From: Octopus bimaculoides
Taxonomy: Eukaryota
Direction: 5' to 3'
Length of the DNA stretch: 48,174 nt
NCBI RefSeq assembly: GCF_001194135.2
Contig: NC_068991.1
Coordinates: 34,256,251 to 34,304,424, forward strand
Shown here: piece after piece, positions 35,726 through 48,174 of the stretch
Layout of the letters: every line of letters starts with the position of its first letter
Numbering within the stretch: the first letter of the stretch is position 1
Made by a program: the position numbers and the translations under genes
The notes under the pieces: model-generated
What the model was told of the DNA's origin: nothing
Seen by the model: the letters and a program-made list of their open reading frames with translations, nothing else
The model's database searches: none

Positions 35726-37630
35726 CATCATCATCATTATCATCATCGTTTAATGTCCGCTTTCCATGCTGGCATGGGTTGGATGGTTTGACTGAGAACT
35801 GGCAAGCCAGGAGGCTGTACCAGGAGGCTGTACCAGGCTTCTATCTGATCTGGCAAGGTTTCTACAGCTGGATGCCCTTCCTAACACCAACTACTCTGAG
35901 AGTGTAGTGGGTGTTTTTTACGTGTCACCTGCATGGGTGCCAGTCAGGTGGCACTAGCATCAGCCACAACTACAATTTCACTTGACCCAATAGGTCTTCT
36001 CAAGTACAGCATATTGCCTGATAATTGAAGGGTACTTTTAAACAGGCCGGTTATGTGACACTGGCATTAGCCACAGCTATGATCTCACTTGGCTTGCTGG
36101 GTCTTTTCAAGCACAGCATATCTCCAAAGGTCTTGGTCGCTTGTCATTGCTTCTGTGAGGCCCAACATTTGAAGGTCGTGCTTGACCACTTCATCCCATG
36201 TCTTCCTGGGTTTTCTCCACTGTTAGGGTGTGACACTTTTTCACACAGCTGTCCTCATCCATACACAATACATAACTATACCAGCACAGTTGTCTCTCTT
36301 GCACACCACATCCGATGCTTCTTATGTTCAACTTTTCTCTCAAGGTGCTTACACTCTGTCATGTATGCACACTGACATTACACATCTAGCAGAGCATACT
36401 CGCTTCGTTTCTTTCAAGCCTATGCATGTCCTCAGCAGTCACAGCCCATGTTTCACTACCGTGCAGCATAGCTGTTCACACACATGCATCATACAGTCTA
36501 CCTGAGCGAGAGGCCTTTTGTTATCAGCAGAGGTAGGAGCTCTCTGAACTTTGTCCAGGCTATTCTTATTGTCGCAGCTACGCTCCCAGAACATCTGCTC
36601 TCCCTCCCCTACTGACTTGGTCACCTAAGTAACAGAAGCTATCAACTACTAGTTTCTGCACCTGGCCTATGATGGAATCTGTTTTCTGTACACCTTCGGT
36701 ATTTATTGCCCCTGTGCATCTCCTTCACACAAAAACTATCTTCCCAGTTAATCTTCCTTTGATATTGCTGCACATCTTATGTGTCCTCAGCTTACACTAA
36801 GTATATCTTATGGAGTTTCTACCTACATCTTTTTTACAGATTGAGCAGGGCCATCTACCTGAAGGGATTTGTGATTTGTCTGCCTTCTAACCTATTAAGA
36901 CTTTGGTTTTTGCTAGATTGACTCTAAGGCTTTTCAATTCTAGACCTTGCTTCCACACCTGAAACATCCTGGTAGTGACTCAGTTATTAGAGTAGGATCA
37001 TCACCATAGAGGATCTCCCAGGGACAGCCTGTCTTAAATTCCTCTGTTATTGCTTGGAGGACTATGATGAATAATAGGGTTTGAAGACTGCTCCTTGGTG
37101 GACTCCTACTTCTACCCAGAATTCTTCACTATACTCCTTGCCAACCTTCACTTTACTGACAGCATCCCTGTATGTAGCTTGTACAGCTCTCACTAACCAC
37201 TCATCTATCTCTAGTTTCCACATTGATGACAAGATAAAGGATTGGAGACCCTGTCAAAGGCTTTTTCCATTTCAACGAAAGAAGTACAGAGGTTTATCTT
37301 TGGCTAGGAATTTCTCCTGCAGCTGTCTTATCATAAATATAGCATCAGTGGTGTTTCTCCCTGGCACAAACCCAAACTGCATCTTGTCTAATCTAACTCT
37401 CTCTAATTATTTGGGCTATGACCCTCTCCATGACTTTGATCACCTGATCCAACAATTTGATACCTCTGTAATTATTCATATCTAATGTGTCACTTTTACC
37501 TTTGTAGCAGTTGACTATGGTGTTGCTTCAACAGTCATTGGGTGTGACTCCTTCATGTATCACCTGGTTGACTATATGAGTGACTAGACTATAGCCTACA
37601 CTGCCAGATTGTTTTGAAAATTGACTCTCT
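35726..37630 (-). mobile_element. 5'-truncated RTE LINE (RT to 3' tail)
   Basis: KAFDRV, GVHQGAV, CQGG.LEVVDSFCYLGDQV, AWTKFRELLPL and KTWDEVVKHDL motifs; (CAT)n tail followed by CGTTTAATGTCCGCTTTCCATGC on the + strand. Confidence 0.88.
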
Positions 37631-37719
37631 GCATTTAGAAATGTTGTGTTGAGGTATAATTATATACACAGAATTCTTTTAACCTGACAAGCAAGCTTAA
37701 TATCTGCATTAATTTAAAA

Positions 37720-37763
<44 letters not shown>

Positions 37764-38188
37764 ATATAGGGTATCTAAGGGATACCGCCACGCTGAAAAA
37801 TAGCAGTCAAATCTTGACTCTAAACCACAATAAATGTTCATATAGCACAAANNNNNNNNNNNNNNNNNNNNNNNNNNNNNNNNNNNNNNNNNNNNNNNNN
37901 NNNNNNNNNNNNNNNNNNNNNNNNNNNNNNNNNNNNNNNNNNNNNNNNNNNNNNNNNNNNNNNNNNNNNNNNNNNNNNNNNNNNNNNNNNNNNNNNNNNN
38001 NNNNNNNNNNNNNNNNNNNNNNNNNNNNNNNNNNNNNNNNNNNNNNNNNNNNNNNNNNNNNNNNNNNNNNNNNNNNNNNNNNNNNNNNNNNNNNNNNNNN
38101 NNNNNNNNNNNNNNNNNNNNNNNNNNNNNNNNNNNNNNNNNNNNNNNNNNNNNNNNNNNNNNNNNNNNNNNNNNNNNNNNNNNNNNNN

Positions 38189-38220
<32 letters not shown>

Positions 38221-38380
38221 TAATTGTACATATATTAATTTATTATTTATTGCAAATTATAAAATCAATTATTTGTACATGTTTATTAAGCTGTGAAACA
38301 ATTGTTGTTAAATATGAATATCCAATGGTAAAATAAATTTTAGCGTAGTATATTTCTCTCTTTATTTATAATTCTATAAA

Positions 38381-38438
38381 TGTATGTATGTATGTATGTA
38401 TGTATGTATGTATGTATGTATGTATCTATCTATCTATC

Positions 38439-38508
<70 letters not shown>

Positions 38509-38530
38509 TGTGTGTGTGTGTGTGTGCGTG
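38381..38530. repeat. Compound microsatellite (TATG)n(TATC)n(TA)n(TG)n
   Basis: Read directly; similar TA/TG/CA tracts occur throughout the window. Confidence 0.95.
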
Positions 38531-39516
38531 CATATGTTCCTTATGGAGTTGAAAACTGAGTTGCTGATTTTGAAATATGAGGTATCAAAAGATTCAGTAA
38601 TCTTTCAGCTACTAAATAAAGTATGTTTTTTGCACAACAACTCATTTTTACTACAAACGTAATCTCAAGAATGAGGTTGGGTCGCACAATTTTGAGGTCT
38701 TTAGCTTAGGGAGGCAACTCTGCCTGAACACTGTTTATGTCTAAGATAGAGCATAATGTGAAAATGTTTTAAATAGATGGAGTTTTACTAGGAAATGAAA
38801 CTTCAAAAGTATACCATCAACTTTATTAGTATTACTTAATAGATAATCTTTTAAATGTGAAATATGTTTGTCTTTGTTTTGTTTAGCCTAGAGTTGCCTC
38901 TGATGTAACAGTCCCATCACATAGATTTTTTTCCTTCCTAAAATACTGTAAATCTGTCTTTCTTTTGATGTAAGGGTGTGTTTTAAGAGAGATTTTGCTG
39001 TTATCTATAGTAGCTCAAGTTACCACTGAGACACCAGCGTGTGTGTGTGTGTGTGCATGCGTTTTGTTGTAAAAAAATGCATTTTCTCAGAATATTTTGC
39101 TCAATAACTTTTTAAGAAATCTCAACATCTTTCTTACTGCTAACCATTCAACTTCAAATTACAATTGTTAATTGTTGGAAGTCAACTAGACTGAAATGTA
39201 CATATGGTGTTATCGTATAGAGTGGAAGTTCAATACGAAGTTTTGAACTCATCTTGTGGTTAGTAATCTATTACCTTAAATTTGAAACCATTAAGTCTTT
39301 AAGCATTATTTTACTGAGTTTTAGTCTTTCGACTGTCGCCATGATGGGATATCACTTTCAAAAATTTAATTGATCACAATGACCTCAGTACATATTTGAA
39401 TCTGGCATTTATTTTATAAATCTCTGCTTGATGAATTTTGAGACATAGGGGGACACAGTACTCAATTTAACAACAAATGTAAACACAGACACGCACACAC
39501 ACACACACACATATTA

Positions 39517-39666
39517 GGTGCAAGAATGACTGTGTGGTCGAGAAGTTTTCTTCTCAACCACATGGTTCCACGTTCAATCCCTCTGCATGCTACCTTGGAC
39601 AAGTGTTTTTTCTCTAGCCCTAGGGCAACCACAGAATTGTGACTGAATTTGGTAGATGGAAACTGC
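39517..39666 (+). mobile_element. SINE family 5' half
   Basis: GACTGTGTGGTCGAGAAG...AACCACATGGTTCCACGTTCAATCCC...ACCTTGGACAAGTG...GGTAGATGGAAACTG. Confidence 0.75.
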
Positions 39667-40580
39667 AGCGTTGTTCATCAGAAAATGACTGAAAAACATA
39701 TTTATAAAGAAGAGTTGTTTGTTTCATACTCTTTGTGTGCCAATTCTTCTCATAAGAAAGGAACAAATAATATAATGTGGCTGTAGGTTATAACACTTGA
39801 GCAATGCCAGGTTGCATTGCTAGTAATAAAACTCACAGAAAATGTAATTGGTATTTTATGCTTTATCATAGTAGTAGTTGAATAATATTCTTAAGGCCGC
39901 AATTTACTCACATGCAGCATCTTTCAGAGCTTGTTGTTAATTCAGTTCTTAACCAAATTGAAAACTGTTAACATTTTTGAAGAGAACTGGTCCCTGGCTA
40001 CATGTTGGCATAAAACAAATTGAGATTTGATCCAGTAGTAAAAAGTTTACATCAAAATTTGTAGCAACGTTATAGGAGAGTAAGTAATGCCACCAATCAA
40101 ATTTACATCTAAAGAACTTTTTTATTTTAAAAGCAGAATATATTTATCTTAGCTTCAATGATAGAAGAAAGAATAAAGAATTTCATAGTTTTTGTCCCAT
40201 TAAACAAAAATTTGTATCAAAAACATTGTGAGGTAAAATGTCATGAAAAAATATAAGTAATGCAAAAAATTGGATTTAAGTATAATTAACTTTTTTTTAT
40301 TTTAAAAACAAACTATATTTTAATTAAGCTTAAATGATAGAGCTCAATTCGAGGAATTTTATGGTATCAATCTCATGCAATGAAGTTTTGAAAGAAAAAA
40401 GTTATGAGTGTTTGAGGATGATAATATAGTTCTATACTTTTTATGAATATAGTTCTATAAGGGGGCTTTTAATATATGTCACAAGCATCATTGAGGTAAG
40501 GAAAAAAATTATCAGCAACACTGCTAATTGACACATTATTAATTAGCATAATAGCATAGCCTGGAAAAAAACATGGATTA

Positions 40581-42719
40581 TATGGGAAAATGCTTGCATT
40601 TTTCGGGCAAGAGAAATAATATTCTTAAGATTATAAACCTGGAAAATTACAGGACAAGTTATTACACTTGGAAAAGTTCAGGACAACTTATTACATCTGG
40701 TAAAGTACAGAGCAAGAAGAGTTTTACTTAAAATATCGCAGCTAAGGATAAAATTTGAATATTAAAAATTATTTGATTTTAATTTACAAAGTATTAGGTC
40801 ATCAAGTTTGAAATTCATAGAAAAGAAAAAAAAGTTTGCTTATGTTTTATAAATACAAGGAATAGTTTTATTCATCAAAGTATACACCCATATTGTCAGT
40901 ACACATTTGCCTTTTCAGTGGTTAGGATTAGAACTGTAAAAGCCTGGCAATAAAATCTTGGAAAGCCTGTTTTACAGCATCGTCAGAATTAAATTATTTT
41001 CCTATCAAAAAGGTATCCAAATTCTGGAAGAAGTGGTAGTCAGTGGGGGCAAGATCAGGTGAGTATGGTGGATGATGGAGAACTTCTAACTCCAGCTCTT
41101 GTACTTTCACCAATGTCCTTTTTGCAATGTGTGGTCTGGTGTTGTCTTGCAATAGAATAGGAGTGGATCTGTTGAGTAATCTAGGTTGTTCTTTTGTAAG
41201 TTTCTGCATCATTTGGTCCAGCTGGCTGCAGTATACTTCGGCCGTGATTGATGAGTCAAGTTTAATGAAATCGTAATGGATCACACCTGTGCCACACCAC
41301 CAAACACACACCATTTTCTTTTGATGAATTTTGCTTTTTGGACTGTGTTTTGGTGGCTCATCTTTGTCTAACCATTGTGCTGAATGTTTACTGTTGTTGT
41401 ATTAGATCCATTTCTCATCACATGTTACAATTTGATTAAAAAATTATTCATTTTTGTGACGAGAAAGTAGAATAATGCAGGCTTCCAAATGTTGTTGTTT
41501 CTGATTTTCATTGAGTTCATGTGGAACCCACTTATCCAACTTTTTCTCTTTATTGATTTGAACTAGGTGAGTCAGTGTTGTTTGCTTGCTAACACCAAAC
41601 AACAACAATAATTTATAAGCACTCTGAGATGGATCTGACTTGATGGTGGCTTTCAGTTTGTCATTATCCACCTTTGTTTCTGGTTGACCATGCTGCTCAT
41701 TTGTGAAGTCAAAGTTACCAGAATGAAATTTTGCAAGCTAATTTAATAGTGTCTGCTGTGTAGAATGAAATACTCCATTAATATTCCGACCTGTCTATGA
41801 TGCTGTATTTCAAAGAAAGAACTCATATTTCAAAGCTGTACGAATTTCTGACTTATCCATCTGTAAACAAAGATAACAAAAAACAATTTATAAATACTTT
41901 ATAAGTGCAAAATGAGTTAGAATAAAGAAACAGATGTGTCAGCTTTCTAACAAAAAATAAAGATTGTCACAATGTAATAATAGCACAAAATGAGCAGCTG
42001 TCAAATTTTACCATATACCTTACTACAAACTTCATACTTGACGATCTAATGACATTATAATTAAAAAAGGTGCCATCATTTTGTTAAAATATTGACACAC
42101 CAAAATACTTAAAATATGAGAGCTAGAAGTACCAATAAAGCTAAATTTTTATGGAAAGTAGAATAGTATATATGGTAGGCAAATTCATTATGAAAAAAAT
42201 AGGCACTGGGCTAAAACTAAAAATGTGAAGACTTGGCAATAACTTAGGCAATAACTTAAGCAAATTTTACTGTGAATTTGTTGTTATAGGTAGATTTTAC
42301 TGTAATATATAACTAATTTTTGTATTCTATTTATTGTACAAACTAATTATGTACTACTATTATTTTTTATAACCTATTTTCAAATTTCTAATTCTTAATT
42401 AAGAATTAAAAAAATGAATTTTTTTAAAGTGCAAAAAAATTCCAATTGAGTTATTTTTAATTTTTCATAGAAGTAACAAGTAATAACAGCTAGAAGTTAT
42501 AACTTTTTAGTTTTAATAAAAGCTAATATTTTCTAAATCTAAATATTTTATTTAAAATTTTATCCTTAGCTGCAATATTTTAGGTAGAAATTTTCTTGTT
42601 ATGTACTTTAGTAGATGTAATAAGTTGTCCTGAACTTTTCCAAGTGTAATAACTTGTCCTGTACTTTTCTAAGGTTATAATCTCAAGAATAATATTTCTT
42701 TTGCTTGCATTTTCCCATG
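40581..42719. mobile_element. Non-autonomous DNA transposon with ~180-bp TIRs and TA target duplication; hosts a nested mariner
   Basis: 40581-40760 is the inverted counterpart of 42545-42719 (shared CAGGACAAGTTATTACACTTGGAAAAGTTCAGGACAACTTATTACATCT); ends TA|TATGGGAAAATGC and GCATTTTCCCATG|TA. Confidence 0.75.
40793..41865 (-). mobile_element. Decayed mariner (DD34D) transposon
   Basis: KKLDKWVPHEL, VWWCGTGVIHYDF, LLQDNTRPH, HPPYSPDLAPTDYHFF; degenerate TIRs near 40793 and 41865. Confidence 0.9.
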
Positions 42720-43700
42720 TAATATAACATATGTGAGTTTCTGCAAACTGATTGTCACTATTGCATAACTCAGTTGATCTAATTAACTTGCTGCCTTGAT
42801 ATTATCAGCAAAAATGTACAATACAGTGTTTGTTTTATGCCTGTATATTACTGAGTCATGTATTATAGGTAAACAAGTTACTATAGTAGAACAGAGTTTA
42901 ATAGAGGATGAGTTAACAGGATGGTGTGTAGAGAGGAAACACAAACAGAAGAGCAGAAGGCAGCAGTGGACATGTCCAATCTCACACATATCCTTGTAGG
43001 CCCATACAATCCCCTTAACCACATTGCACTCACATGCAGTTGAAAGAAAGGAGTCAAAATAGGAAGGCCATGAGTCAGTGTAGCAGTAATAATACAGCAT
43101 TAAAACTAACAACAATAACCATTAGCATGTATTGAAGTGTGATAGTGAGATAGTAGATTTTTTGTTTTTCTTAGTATTTAGGTTAAACTAGTTCCAGTAT
43201 GGTAGACAAAGTTTTCAGCCAGTGCATTTGCAAATTGGCCTCTAAATCAAAGTCATTCACAAATTGTTCAACCATCAGTACACAAACACACATCTTCACA
43301 TCCATTCACATGTGTGCACACACATACACCCAAATCTATAGATATTTATGTCACACACAAGCTTCCATATTTGCATGCAGTTACATAGCCATAGATATAT
43401 ATAAGCACTGTCTCCACCATACACATATACCAACCTTGCTCCCTTCATATACTACTACATATATATGCACATACGGTCCCTGTAAGATTTTCATGCATGT
43501 GTGTTTGTTAACTTTTACAAGTACATTAAAGAAATGCATTAAAGAACACTGTAAGTGTTTCAAGGTACTGTTATATAATATCCACAATGTATTCACACAG
43601 GAAGGTGTAACATCATTCAATTTGGATATCATTGCTTCAGGCAGTGGTAGCACCTGATATTTTGCAGATTTGCCTTTGATACAGGCATGCCTATGATATA

Positions 43701-44596
43701 CGAGGGAGTACCCAAAAGAAACCAGAATTTTGCAATGTTATTTTATTCACTTAGTTTTACATGTTTACATTTTTATCATGTTCAAAGAATTCTCCATTTG
43801 AAGCAATGCATCGGTCCAGACAAGTTTTTCACTGTTCAAAGCAGTGCTGGAACTCTTGCGAAGTGATACGTTTTAACACCTCTGTTGTTTTTTTCTTCAC
43901 TTCTTCAACATCTGCAGATTCCATAGCACCCACTTTCATCACCAGTGATGACCTTCAAAAAAAGGGTCCAGATCAACTTCCAACTGTTCTTTCAGTTCAT
44001 GACATGCATTCAATCATGACTGCTTTTGATCTTCCATGAGCAAACAAAGCATAAATTTTGCTGCAACTCTTTTCATTTGCAATTCCTCACTGAAAATTTG
44101 TTGGCTGGTTGCACCAACCATATCAACAAATTTGCCAATTCTTCAGTGATGGTCCTCCAAGATCAGTTCATGAATTTTCATGATGTTTTCATTCGTTCAG
44201 AAGGTCAATGGTCGCTCTGAACAAAGTTGGTTTTCAAGTGACAAGTGACCATTCCTAAAGCATGAAAACCACTCATAAACTTGTTTTGCTCATGGCAGCA
44301 TCCTTGTAAGTCGTTTGAAGTATGACAACTGCTTTGGCTGCTGTTTTCCCCAGCAGAAAACAGAATTTCATGGAAGCACGCTGTTTCTTCCTTTCAGCCA
44401 TCACAAAAATCAACGAGAAAGAGAGAAGCACAACAAAACAGAGACACACCATGTGGTAGTACAACTTCACCCAATGATACTGGTAGGCAGACTGATGCCT
44501 GAGGATTGCATCAAGTAGCTTCTAGCAGCAGATGCCTGAACTACAACGGGTTTGTCCCACAGAGAATGTTTCCAGCTAGTTTTGGGTACCCCCTCG
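43701..44596 (-). mobile_element. Internally deleted mariner (irritans/Hsmar2-like), 896 bp
   Basis: TIRs CGAGGGAGTACCCAAAA / TTTTGGGTACCCCCTCG flanked by TA; N-terminus KQRASMKFCFLLGKTAAKAVVILQTTYKDAAMSKT. Confidence 0.9.
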
Positions 44597-44732
44597 TATA
44601 TACTTGGTTGACAGGAGGAAGTTTATGCTGAGATATAGTCATAGAGGACATTCAAGTATAGAATATTGTATTACTTTCCATTAGTGTAACAATTGAACAA
44701 GATTGTAGTGGCTAATGTTGCTGTATCAATCT

Positions 44733-44768
<36 letters not shown>

Positions 44769-45347
44769 ACTAACATATTTTGTCATAGTTGAACTTATTG
44801 CCAATCTTATTGTGGCTGAACGTCTGACTCTCCCAGTGGATGTAGTAAATCTCTGACTCATTTCTTTTATTAAGTAGCTATTGTTAATTAATCTCCAGCT
44901 CTTTTTAGTACACAGCTCACATGTATGCCTCTCCCTTGCTAGGATGGGGCAGATGACCATTTCAATGTAGTTAACATTCTTGTCTACATCTACTACATTA
45001 TAGATGTAATTTGTGAGTGGAGTTGAGAACCTAAACATAGAGTTGGAGAATGAATCCTTTGCATAGAAATGTTCTGCTTCACAGGATTCATTGTAGCTCT
45101 TATTTACTACTATTCTGTGGTTTGTGTGCAGTGTCCTCTCTGGGGGAATTTTATGGGTGTTCTGAAGTTACATCTAAGGAGAAGAGAACTAGGGTCATCA
45201 AGTTTGTTGGTTATCCTATTCATTGTAGAGTACTGGCTTGAGTGGTGTACTCTTGGACAGTGCTCCACAACCAGTATGCCATAGCACACTGGTGTTACAT
45301 GAGACGATGCAAATTTTCTACAGACATAACAAAAGTTGTCTGGGTAA

Positions 45348-45421
45348 CCTGAATATAATTTTTTTCCTGAATATAATTTTTTTCCTGAATATAATTTTTT
45401 TCCTGAATATAATTTTTTTCC
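45348..45421. repeat. Perfect 18-bp minisatellite x4 (CCTGAATATAATTTTTTT)
   Basis: Read directly. Confidence 0.95.
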
Positions 45422-45719
45422 CTATACTTTTAGTTATATTTTTAGTTCAGGTGTGCTGCCAAATTTTGAAAAGAATAAAAGTATACTGCAAGTGAAAAAA
45501 GGTGAAGCACTGCTCTAGGATGATGGGTCCACTTCTACTTGTATCAGTGGTGTTATCAATAAGTGCTCTACTCTTGTGGATATTTCCATTTCTCTAACCA
45601 GAAGTGCTACTGCTGTGGATCACACTAGAGTTGGCACCATGGCATTTGGTAATTACAAGAGGAGTCCTGTTTTGAGGTGCCCCCAGAACAGTCAGTTTCC
45701 AAACCTGAGCTAATGCCAA

Positions 45720-46340
45720 CATTATACCATTAGATATTCTACATTATTTATGTTGTAACAGAAAGAACCTAGTATCTGGAAGGTTTTTGGAGTATTAGTT
45801 TTCATACTATGGGAGAAGAGTGGGCCATACCATATTACGTGCCTTCTTCTATGCCTTTTCCTATTGCTAGGATGTATATTCTTCCCCGAAGGATTGTCTA
45901 GTGTTCTTGATTTCTTTCTAATGTAGCTAGGTTTGGAATATTGGGACAATATTAGTTTCATTTCAGAGTTGCACCCACCTTTCTTGGTTCACCCTTTCCC
46001 CATGCACGGGCTAGTGGGTTGGTTGGTTGGTTGGTTGCTCTTGTGAGGCTTGGTTTATCCTTAAAATAGGAGGTATCCTATTGGTCTCATCAGTGCCCCA
46101 GGGTTCTACCCCTACAATTAGATATAGCAGTTTTTGGAGAGATCTTGCTACGCTTCCTGGCTATTTTTACATTACTTCTGCATTTCTTGAAGGCTCATTT
46201 AAGTTTAGTATTCATAATGAACTTAACCTTTTCACTGTAACTTCTACTGAGTGTCTCGTTATAATATCTTACATAACACTGGGCAACAAAAAAAGATTTA
46301 TTGTCTGCTACCCAGACAAATGGTGTTGTGCTAATATAAC
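45720..46340 (-). mobile_element. Two PLE ORF fragments separated by a pLTR-like segment with a decayed hammerhead
   Basis: RRRHVIWYGPLFSHSMKTNTPKTFQIL (cf. PLE RNIIWFNPPFS..VKTN motif) and YYNETLSRSYSEKVKF; CTGATGAG on the minus strand at 46086-46093. Confidence 0.6.
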
Positions 46341-46544
46341 ATCACCACACATTCCTCCCTTTCCTTTATCATTATCATTCCTTTCTCTTTCCATCACCTA
46401 CCCCTCCCCACAAGATACTCACCAAACTATCCACATACCCCAATCAACCTTGTCATTGGTAAAAATTGATAAACAACCTTCAGTTACACATTTGTTGCTT
46501 CCAGATTTTGCCTCTCTTCAAAACTAACACACCACACTTTCTAT

Positions 46545-48174
46545 TGTTGTTGTTATTATTATTCAGTAGTTTTATTTTTATAACGTACTTTCACTTCACT
46601 ACTGAGCGCAGCTCTGTGTACCTTGGGTATATGCTGTGGTTTGCTGTGATGCTCTTATGGTTACTGTATTGAAAGTATTTTGCGTAAGATGTGTGCAGTG
46701 CCCAGTAGTGCAATTCTCTGTATGTTATTTATATTTCCAGGTCTTTGTATTTTGAAAGTTTCTCCATTTCTTTTAGGGAAACGTTGTCATCTGCTGGTAT
46801 TGATACATCAATTAGAAAGCATTTTTTTCCTTCATGATCTTTGACAACTATATCTGGTCTATTGGCCTTAATTTCTCTATCTGTATGTATTGGCATATCC
46901 CAGAGTATGGTTGCTTTCTCGTTTTCTGTGACCTTTTCTGGCGTGTGTTTATACCATCTTTTTTCTGTTGTTNNNNNNNNNNNNNNNNNNNNNNNNNNNN
47001 NNNNNNNNNNNNNNNNNNNNNNNNNNNNNNNNNNNNNNNNNNNNNNNNNNNNNNNNNNNNNNNNNNNNNNNNNNNNNNNNNNNNNNNNNNNNNNNNNNNN
47101 NNNNNNNNNNNNNNNNNNNNNNNNNNNNNNNNNNNNNNNNNNNNNNNNNNNNNNNNNNNNNNNNNNNNNNNNNNNNNNNNNNNNNNNNNNNNNNNNNNNN
47201 NNNNNNNNNNNNNNNNNNNNNNNNNNNNNNNNNNNNNNNNNNNNNNNNNNATATGATTTATTGTTTCTTGTCCATCGCCACATATTCTGCAGTTACTTAT
47301 GTTTCTTTTCATTATATGTTTTTGGTAATTTCTGGTGGGGAGGCTTTGGTCTTGTGCAGTAATTAAAAACCCTTCAGTTTCTGCTTTGAGTCCTGAGCTT
47401 CTCAACCATTGCTGGGATTTTTCTCTGTCTATTTCTTTTGCATTTAGTTTAGCCCAGCATTTACCATGTAGGGGCTTTTCTTGCCATCATTTTATCATGG
47501 TCCATTGCTGTTCTAGTTTTAGTTTGGATTTCATTTGTTTTATAGCTTTTGTTGTTTCTTCTTCTTCTCCTTCGTATTTATTATTTAGTATGATTTCTTG
47601 TTTGTATTTGTCAGCTTCCTTAAATACTGAAAACAGTTTTTTGTTTTTCTCGTGTTTTGTGGCTATTTGTATTAGTTTTCCTTGCTTCTGAAGTAGGTAT
47701 TTTTGCAGTCCTATGGTGGTTATTTTATAATAGCTTTCCAGCTGTATAAGACCCTTACCATCTTTTGTATGTTGTATATATAGCCTTTCTATGTCAGATT
47801 TTGGGTGGTGCATCCTAGATCCTGTCAGTATTTTTATTGTTTTTCTGTCTATTTTAGATAGTTTGTTTAGTGTCCAGTTAAGGATAACTGGGACGGCTAA
47901 AATGTTAATACCTATTATCTTGTTTTTAGCATTGAGCTCTGTTTTTAGTATTGATCTAACTCGTTTATAGTATTCTTTCTTTATATTCTCTTTCATTTGT
48001 GTGTGTTGTATCCTATCTAGTTCATTGATTCCTAAATATTTGTATGGCTAGCTTTCGTCTAATTCTCTTATTTCATTGGCTTTATCTAGTGTGATGTTGC
48101 TACTCTTAACTAGTTTTCCTCTTTTCAGAGTTGCTTTGGCACATTTTTCTATTCCAAATTTCATATCTATTTCT
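46545..48174 (-). mobile_element. R4/Dong-type non-LTR retrotransposon with restriction-like endonuclease, 3' half (gap inside; continues beyond window)
   Basis: KYLG...KEYYKRVRSILKTELNAKNK, GLKAETEGFLITAQDQSL, CRICG...ETINH, LWDMPIHTDREIKANRPDIVV...LIDVSIP, IALLGTAHILRKIL; AAT/AAC-repeat tail at about 46545-46563. Confidence 0.88.

Larger units (their letters stand above)
23724..47250. other. Seven assembly gaps: 23724-24150, 24754-25717, 26774-27435, 29495-29594, 30056-30942, 37852-38188, 46973-47250
   Basis: N runs read directly. Confidence 0.98.

Noticed and set aside
38885-38940. Acceptor-like TTTGTTTAG followed by PRVASDVTVPSHRFFPS
   Set aside because: Reaches a stop with no good donor; probably repeat-derived.
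12300-39666. tRNA genes
   Set aside because: A/B boxes belong to SINE heads that continue into SINE bodies; no full cloverleaf.
45348-45421. CRISPR-like array
   Set aside because: No spacers; eukaryotic minisatellite.
23478-47405. Long ORFs containing X runs
   Set aside because: They span N gaps and microsatellites. Only the non-X parts of 46729-47283 and 46848-47405 are meaningful, as R4-type LINE.

Overview
AT-rich, microsatellite-laden eukaryotic (animal) scaffold with seven N gaps. The abundant tRNA-derived SINE and the RTE LINE tails look like an octopus genome; this is my inference from repeat recognition, not a database result. Most of the window is decayed transposons: two Gypsy LTR elements, several RTE LINE copies, CR1 remnants, an R4/Dong-type RLE LINE, two mariners, a long-TIR DNA element, a Helitron-like terminus, SINEs and at least five Penelope-like (PLE) remnants. 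Three small phase-0 exons on the + strand (2133-2219, 3269-3319, 31692-31784) appear to encode the N-terminus of an unidentified, probably mitochondrially targeted, host protein. A CpG-retaining, possibly bidirectional promoter lies at about 1.3-2.1 kb. The most interesting signals are PLE-linked. One is a catalytically intact type I hammerhead ribozyme whose stem II is expanded to a 100-nt multi-helix domain (24541-24669). The others are two PLE inversion junctions that each form a spacer-less near-perfect palindrome of 56-62 bp, one of which joins two hammerhead copies head to head. No CRISPR, rRNA or tRNA genes were found, and all gap-spanning ORFs are artefacts.
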